Source: Epiperipatus broadwayi (lineage: Eukaryota > Animalia > Onychophora). Taken from it: DNA of 64,000 nucleotides. A program made the position numbers and the translations under genes. The notes beneath the pieces were generated by a model that did not search any database, was not told the origin of the DNA, and saw only the letters and a program-made list of their open reading frames with translations. The stretch covers positions 13,206,001-13,270,000 of the forward strand of contig JAQFVV010000007.1 in assembly GCA_028023455.1 (NCBI GenBank), written 5' to 3'. Positions 40,508-50,650 of the stretch are shown here, piece after piece (position 1 is the first letter of the stretch; each line of letters starts with the position of its first letter).

Positions 40508-42310
40508 CGATATCTACATAAATGTAGGCTCGCATGTATATATTATTGATTCTCAATAATATTAATAAAGAGAAGGGTTTCGTTAAAAGAAATAGAAAAA
40601 AAAAAAAAGAGAAAGAAAAAATTTAGTTAAAAGGATTCTAAAAACTTATTTTAAAAGAAATTAGAAAAGCTAAATAATGATGAAAGATTAGAAAGGAAAG
40701 GGGAGGGGTGTAAAACTGAACGCGTCTCTTTCTTTCTTTGTTAAATAAGAAAATCACTTGTAAAAAGAACGAAAGAATAATTATAATTGTGAAATTAAAA
40801 AAAGTAAACTTGTACCAAATTTCCAAATAGATTGGTACAAGATAAAGTGAGAGAAAGGAATGTTGCAATTAGTAACATTCAATATTTAAAAGAATGAAAG
40901 AAATTAATTATAATTGTAAAATTAAAAATGTAAACTTGTACCAAATTTCCAAATAGATTGGTACAAGATAAAGTGAGAGAAAGGAATGTTGCAATTAGTA
41001 ACATTCAATATTTAAAAGAATGAAAGAAATTAATTATAATTGTAAAATTAAAAAATGTAAACTTGTACCAAATTTCCAAATAGATTGGTAAGATAAGAAT
41101 GAAAAAGAAAGAGGCAATTAGAGACATTCGATAGCAAGACAGCGAGAGAATAAGCAGAGCTGATTTAGAAGTAACCGGTTGTGTTTTTTTTTGCTGGCTA
41201 GAATTTAACAAAAATAATAATAGAAGGGTACGCTGACATGGAGGGCTAGTGGCAAACACCGGGCGTTTGCTCGGTCTATCTCCGTCTAACCATTCGCTCA
41301 CTACTTATAACAACTAAAATGCTGCCGAGAAGAGACCGCCGTTACAGAACCAGATCTGCCTGGAGATTCGAAGTAGAATGTTAAAGGGATGAATACCGAC
41401 TAAAATGTTGAATTAGAAAGGAAACAAACCCACGTCAAAAGACTAAACTTTCACTCCATTCACTGGAACGTCTGGAAAAGCGAGCAACCATCTCTGCAAA
41501 AGAAGGGAAGGTTTTTCCCCTCGATGGTTGATCCGACATTGGAAAAATCATACCTAGGTCAGAATTAATTTGAAATAAGAAATCAGTCAGAACTAAATTA
41601 TTAAAAAGTTGCGCAACACTTCGGACAGCTATCATTAAAAGAACTTATGATTGTAATCTATTAATGTATGAGAAGGTAACAATTGAGTTACGATAATTTA
41701 TTTAATGTTTCATTTGAATTATATTCTTTATTGTATATTTATGTATTTATTATGTTAGTGTGTGGATATATATGTGTGTTTTAGGATTTTATTATTAATT
41801 AGAATTAGCGAATTGCAAATTAAATTTTATTTATAAAAGGAAGTACTTAGTCATTTGCGTTTTCTTTTCTCTACCAAGCGAATAACTATTTAGAGTGAAT
41901 TAAAATTAGATCAGTGAGCTAACAAGTTGATTAATTGAGGAATAAAATAAAGTAAGCTAAATGGATAAATAAATCTAGTCTGTATTGTAAATAGAGTAAA
42001 GGAAGGAAGTGCTATAATTTATATTCCTGCTGTACCGTGATAATTCCGGGAAATTTTATAAATATTCCAGGCGCTGGGCAGAACTAATTATTCGATACAA
42101 ATAATTTGCCCAGCAGAGAAGAAGCGTTTAATTGGGAAATATAATGCTGGGATGATATTTTATTATGTCAGTGTTCAATTAAGAATATATACTCGATTTT
42201 AGGGTGTATATTGGCTTCTTGCTTGTGGTAATCATCATCATCGGTGGTTAACCGGTCGATCACATAATTAAGTGCGGCTGGGGTTTTAACCGCGCGGCGG
42301 TGGTGGTACA
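40501..42310 (+). repeat. 5' LTR (about 1810 bp)
   Basis: Matches 48571-50402 from 'tgcgatatctacataaatg' to 'ggtggtggtaca'. The first 5 nt read tatat instead of tgtaa and merge with the upstream (TA)n. Confidence 0.95.
40771..41092 (+). repeat. About 126-bp tandem repeat x~2.6 inside the LTR (also 48842-49163)
   Basis: The motif cttgtaccaaatttccaaatagattggta recurs at 40809, 40935 and 41062. Confidence 0.9.
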
Positions 42311-42314
42311 GTTT

Positions 42315-42335
42315 TGGGGGGCCAGTCCGGGATTT
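42315..42335 (+). promoter_or_regulatory. Primer-binding site, tRNA-Pro-like
   Basis: tggggggccagtccgggattt lies 4 nt after the 5' LTR. The complement of the metazoan tRNA-Pro 3' end is TGGGGGCTCGTCCGGGATTT, so the match has 2 mismatches and one extra G. Confidence 0.75.
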
Positions 42336-43885
42336 AAAATGTAAAAATGGTACGATTAAGGAAAGAACAAGTTAAAATTATATAAATGTATAAATTACGG
42401 TAAAAATAATCTACGTGCCGTGTGTATATATATAAACTTTATGTAGGTGAGTTAAAAACTAAATTAAAAGTTTGACTACATATATAAGAGAAATTATATA
42501 AAATTCGATCTTTTTTAAAAAATATATAGTGTAATTAATAGGCCGTACAAATGAACACGCTTAGTTTGCTATATATATGTTTTTTGAAGATATTCTTAGT
42601 TAATAAAAAATATTTTACTCAGAAATTTGCAGTTCCAAAATGATAGTTTATTCTTTGTAGCGACGGATATTTAATATATATTTACGATTCAAATTGTTAG
42701 CAATAAATCAAATGCAAACACTGTATTCTATAAGTATAGTGTATAAGTAAAATAGACTTAAAAGTAATTTTAAATAAATATACATATAATATATTGACGG
42801 TTGATATTTCGTTATATAGAGTACAGATTCTTTTATCTTAATAATTGCTTAACAATTTTCACTTTAAACCGGGTCGCTAACATTTTATTAGATAAGTAAG
42901 GTTGCCATTTAATCTGAGTAAAAACTGACGTCAACTTGTGAAATTAAAATAGAAATAAAAACTATTAAATGAATGAGTTGGGAAAAAATATATGTCACAC
43001 TTTGCATATATACGCATATATAAATATGGACGGAGGATTTCTATAAATGGTTATTACAAATAAAAGTAATAATTTATTATAGCGTAATATTTTAAAATAA
43101 CTTACAATTGAGTTTATTGTTTTGTTTTAAAAGGAGAGTGAAATATAATGAAAGTATAGCTATTAAACAGACATAAGAACGTTAAAACTTAATATTAGGT
43201 AAACATGATAAATAATCAGATCAAATACTTTAGGAGTCTTTATGGTTAGATGTTGTAGGTTACTTGTGAACGTTTGTCTCTCAAGCATTGTGTGTATAGG
43301 TTGATTCGTATCGGCATTTCGTGAGCTGGGGATTTGGAGATGGGGGAAACGCAGGGGTTGGCTGCAGATGTCTGTGTGATCTGGAGTCTCTGTGGCCTCT
43401 GGCAAACAACAAAGGGGTTTTGTTCAAGTTAAGAATTTATATGTGTTATTATAAAAAATATATATATAAAAACGACAAAATAGTGTTAAAGGAAAAAGTG
43501 TTAAAATAAGGATTAGACGGCATAACCGTATATATGTAGTTATATAGTAGTTGTAGAGACAGTAGAATAGACCTAAGATTTAGATAAAAATATAGAATAA
43601 TAAAAGATCGCTTGGTGAGAGAGGGAAAGTGGAGCAAAAGACAACTGAATTTTATAAAAAGAGGGAAAGAGACGGGGTAAAATTTTCTGGGCACGATCTA
43701 CATTATATAAATAAATAAAATCAAGAGAGGGAAAAGATTTTATTGTTTGAATAATAAAAGCTTGTGAGTTTAAGGGGATCTTTAAAGCAGCATAAACAAG
43801 TGAGTTAATGGATGAGGACGGGGCAGGCCAGCAAACGTACCTAATATGAAATAGCGTTGATAAACAGTATTGCATTTAATAATAA

Positions 43886-46800
43886 TTGGGAGAAAATAAT
43901 TACTTAGTCAGTGATAACATGCATTTAGAGTCAATGCAAACGAGGTCGAAAGCAAAAATGGACGATCAACTTGCAACCACGAAAAGTACCAGTGAAGAAC
44001 AAACGGAATTGTCCGGAGAAACAGATAGGGAAAGAGAAATAGAAACCAGTAGTGGAAATGAAATTGACATTAATGATGATAAACAAGAGCCGAAAGTTAG
44101 TATAGAAATTTATAGTTTAATAAAAATGATGGAGAAAATGGGGGAGGATCAACGGCAGTTCATAAAGGAGATAAGGGAAAGAGATGAGCAGAGAGATGAA
44201 ATAAATAAGAAAATGATAGAAGATCAGCAAAGGTTTATGAAGGAATTAAAGGAAGATAATAAAAAGATGATAGACGAGTGGCAAAAACAGTTGGTTGACA
44301 AATTCGACATAAAAAATGAAGAGTTAAGTAAAAGGGTTGAAGAAACCTCAAATCAGATTTTTGTCACGAATGAAAGGCTAAACGGACAGGCTGAGTTACT
44401 AGAAAACTTAGAGCAGAGACTCACTGGAGAAGTAAATAATTTAGAACAAGAGGTTGTGATGAAAGTAGAGGGAAGGATGGCACATTTTGAGGATAAAATA
44501 GAAACTGTGTGTCGAGAAGTAGAAGAGGTTAAAAATATGAGAGGGACAAGTTTGTGGGATAGCAGGCGCAATAACGTAATAACGATAAATCAATTTTTGA
44601 AAATTCGAGTTTTTTCGGGCCACATGGGAGAAAACCCCATAGAACACCTGGGTAGCCTTGAAAGGTACGGCACATTGAATGGATTGGATGAAGAAGCCAT
44701 GATTGCCATCGCATGCAGTCACCTACAGAATGCTTCACAGGAATGGTGGGACTCGTTGTTTGAAAAACCAAAAACATTTGGGGATTATAAGACAGCTTTG
44801 CTCACCAGTTATTGGAGCGAAGAGCACCAGGAAAACATTCTACACCAGATATCACAAGACAGGTGGAGACCGGGAGAGCCGTTCGCTCCATTTTTACGCC
44901 GACAGGTGGCAAAGCTAAGGACAATCACGACATCCCCGCTTTCAGAACGTCAGATTACGCGGATAGTCAGACGAAACTTACCAGAAGACATTGCCCAAAT
45001 ACTGATATGTAATGAAACAGTCGAACAGATGGCACGGATATTGACATCATTGGATAACAGTCAAAACCGAGCAGAACAAGACAGGGAATGTCAGCAAATG
45101 CAGGTGGCAAACATAGGATACAAGGATACGGAGGAAATGTTGGAGATAGCACCGCAGATATGTCCAAAGGTAGCAATAAAAATTGAGGGAGTCAGGGCCA
45201 AAGCGTTGCTAGATTCAGGAAGCCAGATTTCTGTGATGTCTCAGGAAATGTTTGGCATTTTAAAGGGCAGTTCTCTCGAGCTCAAAACACTGCCATTAAA
45301 ATCAGTTCAGGTGCTCGTGGCGAATGGGAAGAAAGTAAGACTTGCATCACAACAGGTATATGTGAGGATAGAGTTAGCAGGAGGAGAATATGACCATGTA
45401 TTAGTGGTCTTAGAGGGCTTGATCCACGATATTATCTTGGGTTCTGATTTTATGCACAAAACCGGTTGCGTGATAAACTACAAACAGGGCTGGGCCGAAA
45501 TTAATGGAACTACATTGAATTTTACAAAGCAAGTGAAAGAGGATAGGAGGAATGATCATGAAGGGGGTCTGGTCCAGAATGCCATGATGGAAATAGAATG
45601 GGAAAAAATAGTAGGAGAATCCACCTTAGTGGATAATGACCAAAGGAACAGGTTGGGAAGGATACTAGAAAGATATAACACGGTATTTTCGGAAGTGCCT
45701 GGGGTAATTCAAGGATATGAACACAGGATCAAACTTGTGGAAAACCAGCCATATCGGGCCCGTGCTTACCCTATACCATACCAGTACAGACAGGAAGTTG
45801 AGAAACAGATAGACCAAATGCTCAAATGGGGTGTTATTTCTAAATGTTCATCCTCATTTAATAATCCTATCGTAACTGTGAAAAAGGCAGATGGGTCAAT
45901 CCGTCTGTGTTTGGATGCTCGGCATCTAAATAAGATAACAGTTCCGGATATTAATGCACCACCGCCAATCAGTGAATTACTCACCAGATTCAAAGGGAAA
46001 GGGGTATTTTCTACATTTGATCTAACAGCCAGCTACTGGCAAATCAGACTCCACCCCAAAGATCGGAAGTACACTGCGTTTAGATATGATGGACGAGCAT
46101 ACCAGTTCAACCGGATTCCATTCGGATTAAGAAATAGCGGAGCCGGACTGGTACGGTGTTTGGACCAGGTATTGGAGGACAAGATAAAGAGCTTTGCAGT
46201 GATATATGTGGACGACATTGTGGTCGCGTCAGAGAGCATGGAGGAACATTTTGGACATGTGGAAAGCTTCCTACAAGAATGTCAAAACAAGGGTATAAAA
46301 ATTAATTTAAACAAGAGTCATGTAATGACATCAGAGGTCAAATTCCTGGGTCATATTATCAGCGGAAAGGGCGTAATACCAAACCCCGAGAAAATCAGAG
46401 CAATCCAGGAATTCCCCACGCCTAGGAACAGAAAACATATTAAATCTTTCTTGGGATTGTGCAATTTCTATAATCGATTTTATAAAGGATTCTCCATGGA
46501 CATGGGGCCATTACTGCAGTTGCTGAGGAAGGAAACAGCGTGGACATGGGATGAACAGCAGGAGTGTAGCTTTAACAAGGTAAAGGCAGGCTTCTTAGAG
46601 ACGGTCATGTTGGCATATCCAGATTTCAGCAAGACATTTTTTGTGCAAACTGACAGTAGCGGGTTCGGCTTGGGAGCCACGATGTTCCAGATACAGGAAG
46701 GTCAGCACAGGGTATTAGGATTTATTAGTCGTTTACTGAGAGGCCCAGAACTCAATTATACGGTTACCGAGAAGGAGGCCCTCGCTGTGGTATGGGCATT

Positions 46801-48142
46801 TAAGAAGTTCAGGCAGTACTTAATAGGATCAGAAGTCATAGTGCTAACTGACCATAGAAGCCTCGAGTTCTTAAATCAAAGTTTCTTAGCAAACAGTAGG
46901 TTATTGAGATGGAGTTTATGTTTACAGGAATTTAACTATAAAGTCGTATATTGCAAAGGAACGGAGAACATTGTAGCAGATACACTTAGTCGATATCCGG
47001 TGGCGAACAGTCAGCACCTTATATGCGAAGGAGCGTACATCGCGGCAACTGAAAGGAGCCAAGAACGCACGATAGCTCAGGAGATGTGTAATTTAAAGGA
47101 ACATCAAAGTAATGATGGAGATTGCAAGCAAATGCTGGACCACTTGAGACATCAACCCATATTAGAAACGAAAGAAAACGCTTTGTGGAAGGAAAGGAAA
47201 CTCTTCTGCATCAAAGGAGGTTTCTTACAGCGGATGCTCAAGAGAAAGAAGCAGACACGCATAGTCATACCCAGGACCCTGAGAGAACCGTTAATTCAAT
47301 ATGTTCATGAAACTTATGGACATTATGGGGTAAACAAAGTGGAGAGTTGGATGAGACACTGGTTCTATTGGCCAAAGATGCAGGCAGACATAGCCAACAC
47401 TATTAGGACCTGTGACACATGTGCCAGAACGAAGCCACCTAATGTGGCAGGGATAGGCCCACTCCAGCCGATCTACACCGATCAGCCGAACTGTATATTG
47501 GCCATTGACTTTTATGGTCCGCTGCCCGGTTTTAATAAGAAAAGGTACCTCCTGGTCACATATGACCTTTTCTCAAAGTGGGTATCAGCTTATCCAATTA
47601 CCCAAGCGAATGCTAAGCAAACCATGAAGGCCCTAGAACAACATTTTAAGATTGCGGGAGTTCCTGCCCGAATCCTCTCAGATCACGGGACCCCATTCAC
47701 ATCGAGTGAATGGAAGAGATGGATTGACAATCACAGGATAAAACACTCCCTGACATCGATCCGTAACCCGCAATCGAACCCATGTGAACGGGTCATGAGA
47801 GAGCTGGGACGTTTGTTCCGGGTATATATATCGGAGGATCACCGTAAGTGGGTGAAGGAGACGCCACGCATCGTGAACATGATCAATTGTGCAAGGAGTG
47901 AGTCTACAGGTTTTGAACCCATTCGGCTACACTTTGGGAAAAATATTCCGTGCCCATTTGACATTAGTTTACCTGTGGGAACCAGAGCAATAAACAGAAG
48001 AAGGGATGCAGAACAAGCACGCAGCCAGATGAGGAAAATGGGTGAGATAAGACAACGAAGAGTAAAGGGCTCATTATCCGTCGTACTGGGTGAAAATCCC
48101 AAAGGTATTGGAAAGATACGAAGAATTAAACTAAAAAAATAG
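43886..48142 (+). CDS. Gag-Pol polyprotein (Gag capsid, aspartic protease, reverse transcriptase, RNase H, integrase) in one reading frame; first in-frame ATG at 43919
   Basis: The 1418-aa ORF has a coiled-coil N-terminus and a capsid-like region (FSGHMGENPIEHL...EWW...YKTALLTSYW). It also has protease ALLDSGS (D at 45212), RT YVDD (46205-46216) and RNase H QTDSSGFGLGA...EKEALAVVWA...TDH. Integrase has HETYGH...CDTC and IDFYGP / SDHG / QSNPCER. Confidence 0.97.
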   Translation: MGENNYLVSDNMHLESMQTRSKAKMDDQLATTKSTSEEQTELSGETDREREIETSSGNEIDINDDKQEPKVSIEIYSLIKMMEKMGEDQRQFIKEIRERDEQRDEINKKMIEDQQRFMKELKEDNKKMIDEWQKQLVDKFDIKNEELSKRVEETSNQIFVTNERLNGQAELLENLEQRLTGEVNNLEQEVVMKVEGRMAHFEDKIETVCREVEEVKNMRGTSLWDSRRNNVITINQFLKIRVFSGHMGENPIEHLGSLERYGTLNGLDEEAMIAIACSHLQNASQEWWDSLFEKPKTFGDYKTALLTSYWSEEHQENILHQISQDRWRPGEPFAPFLRRQVAKLRTITTSPLSERQITRIVRRNLPEDIAQILICNETVEQMARILTSLDNSQNRAEQDRECQQMQVANIGYKDTEEMLEIAPQICPKVAIKIEGVRAKALLDSGSQISVMSQEMFGILKGSSLELKTLPLKSVQVLVANGKKVRLASQQVYVRIELAGGEYDHVLVVLEGLIHDIILGSDFMHKTGCVINYKQGWAEINGTTLNFTKQVKEDRRNDHEGGLVQNAMMEIEWEKIVGESTLVDNDQRNRLGRILERYNTVFSEVPGVIQGYEHRIKLVENQPYRARAYPIPYQYRQEVEKQIDQMLKWGVISKCSSSFNNPIVTVKKADGSIRLCLDARHLNKITVPDINAPPPISELLTRFKGKGVFSTFDLTASYWQIRLHPKDRKYTAFRYDGRAYQFNRIPFGLRNSGAGLVRCLDQVLEDKIKSFAVIYVDDIVVASESMEEHFGHVESFLQECQNKGIKINLNKSHVMTSEVKFLGHIISGKGVIPNPEKIRAIQEFPTPRNRKHIKSFLGLCNFYNRFYKGFSMDMGPLLQLLRKETAWTWDEQQECSFNKVKAGFLETVMLAYPDFSKTFFVQTDSSGFGLGATMFQIQEGQHRVLGFISRLLRGPELNYTVTEKEALAVVWAFKKFRQYLIGSEVIVLTDHRSLEFLNQSFLANSRLLRWSLCLQEFNYKVVYCKGTENIVADTLSRYPVANSQHLICEGAYIAATERSQERTIAQEMCNLKEHQSNDGDCKQMLDHLRHQPILETKENALWKERKLFCIKGGFLQRMLKRKKQTRIVIPRTLREPLIQYVHETYGHYGVNKVESWMRHWFYWPKMQADIANTIRTCDTCARTKPPNVAGIGPLQPIYTDQPNCILAIDFYGPLPGFNKKRYLLVTYDLFSKWVSAYPITQANAKQTMKALEQHFKIAGVPARILSDHGTPFTSSEWKRWIDNHRIKHSLTSIRNPQSNPCERVMRELGRLFRVYISEDHRKWVKETPRIVNMINCARSESTGFEPIRLHFGKNIPCPFDISLPVGTRAINRRRDAEQARSQMRKMGEIRQRRVKGSLSVVLGENPKGIGKIRRIKLKK

Positions 48143-48280
48143 AATGAGGACTCAGCAGAGATCTGGGCTCATTATCCGTCGTACTGGGTGAAAATCCCAA
48201 AGGTATTGGAAAGATACAAGAATTAAACTAAAAATAGAATGAGGACTCAGCAGAGATCTGGGCTCATGATCCGTCTTACT
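48067..48280 (+). repeat. About 95-98-bp tandem repeat x~2.2 spanning the pol stop codon
   Basis: Units starting gggctcat(t/g)atccgtc begin at 48067, 48165 and 48260. Confidence 0.92.
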
Positions 48281-48554
48281 GAAAAAAAAAAAATCAACTC
48301 TCTGTGCAGAATAATGTTCGGTGGAGATCAAAAGTGTTTGGGCAGTTCAAATAAATCAAATGGAATGCAGATAGTTTAACCTAGTTGTCTCTCTAAGATA
48401 ATCTCATCATACGGAAGTTATACATACTAAACGGGTACCATTAAAATTTATATCAAGAAGGAAAAAAAAAAAATATATAGTAATAAAGGAAGATAGGGGT
48501 TAAGAATTAAAATGGCTTGACCTCAGAAAATAACTCCAGTAGATTTTAATTCTT

Positions 48555-48570
48555 AAAAAATGGGGAGCGG
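48555..48570 (+). promoter_or_regulatory. Polypurine tract
   Basis: aaaaaatggggagcgg lies immediately 5' of the 3' LTR TG. Confidence 0.9.
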
Positions 48571-50402
48571 TGTAATGCGATATCTACATAAATGTAGGCT
48601 CGCATGTATATATTATTGATTCTCAATAATATTAATAAAGAGAAGGGTTTCGTTAAAAGAAATAGAAAAAAAAAAAAAAGAGAAAGAAAAAATTTAGTTA
48701 AAAGGATTCTAAAAACTTATTTTAAAAGAAATTAGAAAAGCTAAATAATGATGAAAGATTAGAAAGGAAAGGGGAGGGGTGTAAAACTGAACGCGTCTCT
48801 TTCTTTCTTTGTTAAATAAGAAAATCACTTGTAAAAAGAACGAAAGAATAATTATAATTGTGAAATTAAAAAAAGTAAACTTGTACCAAATTTCCAAATA
48901 GATTGGTACAAGATAAAGTGAGAGAAAGGAATGTTGCAATTAGTAACATTCAATATTTAAAAGAATGAAAGAAATTAATTATAATTGTAAAATTAAAAAT
49001 GTAAACTTGTACCAAATTTCCAAATAGATTGGTACAAGATAAAGTGAGAGAAAGGAATGTTGCAATTAGTAACATTCAATATTTAAAAGAATGAAAGAAA
49101 TTAATTATAATTGTAAAATTAAAAAATGTAAACTTGTACCAAATTTCCAAATAGATTGGTAAGATAAGAATGAAAAAGAAAGAGGCAATTAGAGACATTC
49201 GATAGCAAGACAGCGAGAGAATAAGCAGAGCTGATTTAGAAGTAACCGGTTGTGTTTTTTTTTGCTGGCTAGAATTTAACAAAAATAATAATAGAAGGGT
49301 ACGCTGACATGGAGGGCTAGTGGCAAACACCGGGCGTTTGCTCGGTCTATCTCCGTCTAACCATTCGCTCACTACTTATAACAACTAAAATGCTGCCGAG
49401 AAGAGACCGCCGTTACAGAACCAGATCTGCCTGGAGATTCGAAGTAGAATGTTAAAGGGATGAATACCGACTAAAATGTTGAATTAGAAAGGAAACAAAC
49501 CCACGTCAAAAGACTAAACTTTCACTCCATTCACTGGAACGTCTGGAAAAGCGAGCAACCATCTCTGCAAAAGAAGGGAAGGTTTTCCCCCTCGATGGTT
49601 GATCCGACATTGGAAAAATCATACCTAGGTAACTATTAATACATGCATGTCAGAATTAATTTGAAATAAGAAATCAGTCAGAACTAAATTATTAAAAAGT
49701 TGCGCAACACTTCGGACAGTTATCATTAAAAGAACTTATGATTGTAATCTATTAATGTATGAGAAGGTAACAATTGAGTTACGATAATTTATTTAATGTT
49801 TCATTTGAATTATATTCTTTATTGTATATTTATGTATTTATTATGTTAGTGTGTGGATATATATGTGTGTTTTAGGATTTTATTATTAATTAGAATTAGC
49901 GAATTGCAAATTAAATTTTATTTATAAAAGGAAGTACTTAGTCATTTGCGTTTTCTTTTCTCTACCAAGCGAATAACTATTTAGAGTGAATTAAAATTAG
50001 ATCAGTGAGCTAACAAGTTGATTAATTGAGGAATAAAATAAAGTAAGCTAAATGGATAAATAAATCTAGTCTGTATTGTAAATAGAGTAAAGGAAGGAAG
50101 TGCTATAATTTATATTCCTGCTGTACCGTGATAATTCCGGGAAATTTTATAAATATTCCAGGCGCTGGGCAGAACTAATTATTCGATACAAATAATTTGC
50201 CCAGCAGAGAAGAAGCGTTTAATTGGGAAATATAATGCTGGGATGATATTTTATTATGTCAGTGTTCAATTAAGAATATATACTCGATTTTAGGGTGTAT
50301 ATTGGCTTCTTGCTTGTGGTAATCATCATCATCGGTGGTTAACCGGTCGATCACATAATTAAGTGCGGCTGGGGTTTTTAACCGCGCGGCGGTGGTGGTA
50401 CA
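48571..50402 (+). repeat. 3' LTR (1832 bp)
   Basis: Starts tgtaatgcga right after the PPT and ends ggtggtaca, followed by (AT)n. It has an extra 20 bp at 49631-49650 relative to the 5' LTR. Confidence 0.97.
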
Positions 50403-50650
50403 ATATATATATATATATATCATATGTGATATATATAAAATGAGAGAATACTGACTGACAGAAATGATACCACACAAAAGTATTTGGAGGTCACTGCTGA
50501 TAACCCTTGAAGATCCAAACTCATTTGCTGTACATTCATTATATCCTGTGTTATGTTAATTGTGATTCTAATATAGATAAAGCATTTAAAGACAATTAAA
50601 ATATACTCTAGTTTTTAACCTATTTATTTAATATATTCAGTGTTTACTAT

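Larger units (their letters stand above)
40501..50402 (+). mobile_element. Full-length Ty3/Gypsy (Metaviridae) LTR retrotransposon, recent insertion, no env
   Basis: Two ~1.8-kb near-identical direct repeats (40501-42310, 48571-50402) flank a PBS, one gag-pol ORF with domain order PR-RT-RH-IN (gypsy order) and a PPT. The 3' LTR runs TGT...ACA. (TA)n lies on both flanks. Confidence 0.97.

Noticed and set aside
40638-41635. Minus-strand ORFs in the LTR (duplicated at 48709-49372)
   Set aside because: They derive from the AT-rich 126-bp repeats and have low-complexity hydrophobic composition with no homology I recognise.
44353-48102. Small ORFs overlapping gag-pol on either strand
   Set aside because: Shadow ORFs of the pol frame with no recognisable motifs.
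48140-48260. HDV-like ribozyme in the 97-bp repeat (tccgtcgt loop, agaatgaggac end)
   Set aside because: P3 has only 2 bp, there is no GG for P1.1, no G1-U wobble, no P4 stem, and the catalytic C position is A.
48067-48280. CRISPR-like array interpretation of the 97-bp, 126-bp or 79-bp repeats
   Set aside because: The units are contiguous with no unique spacers, there are no cas genes, and the context is eukaryotic.
48143-48554. env or extra ORF between pol and the 3' LTR
   Set aside because: Only ~410 bp, made of repeats and multiple stops.
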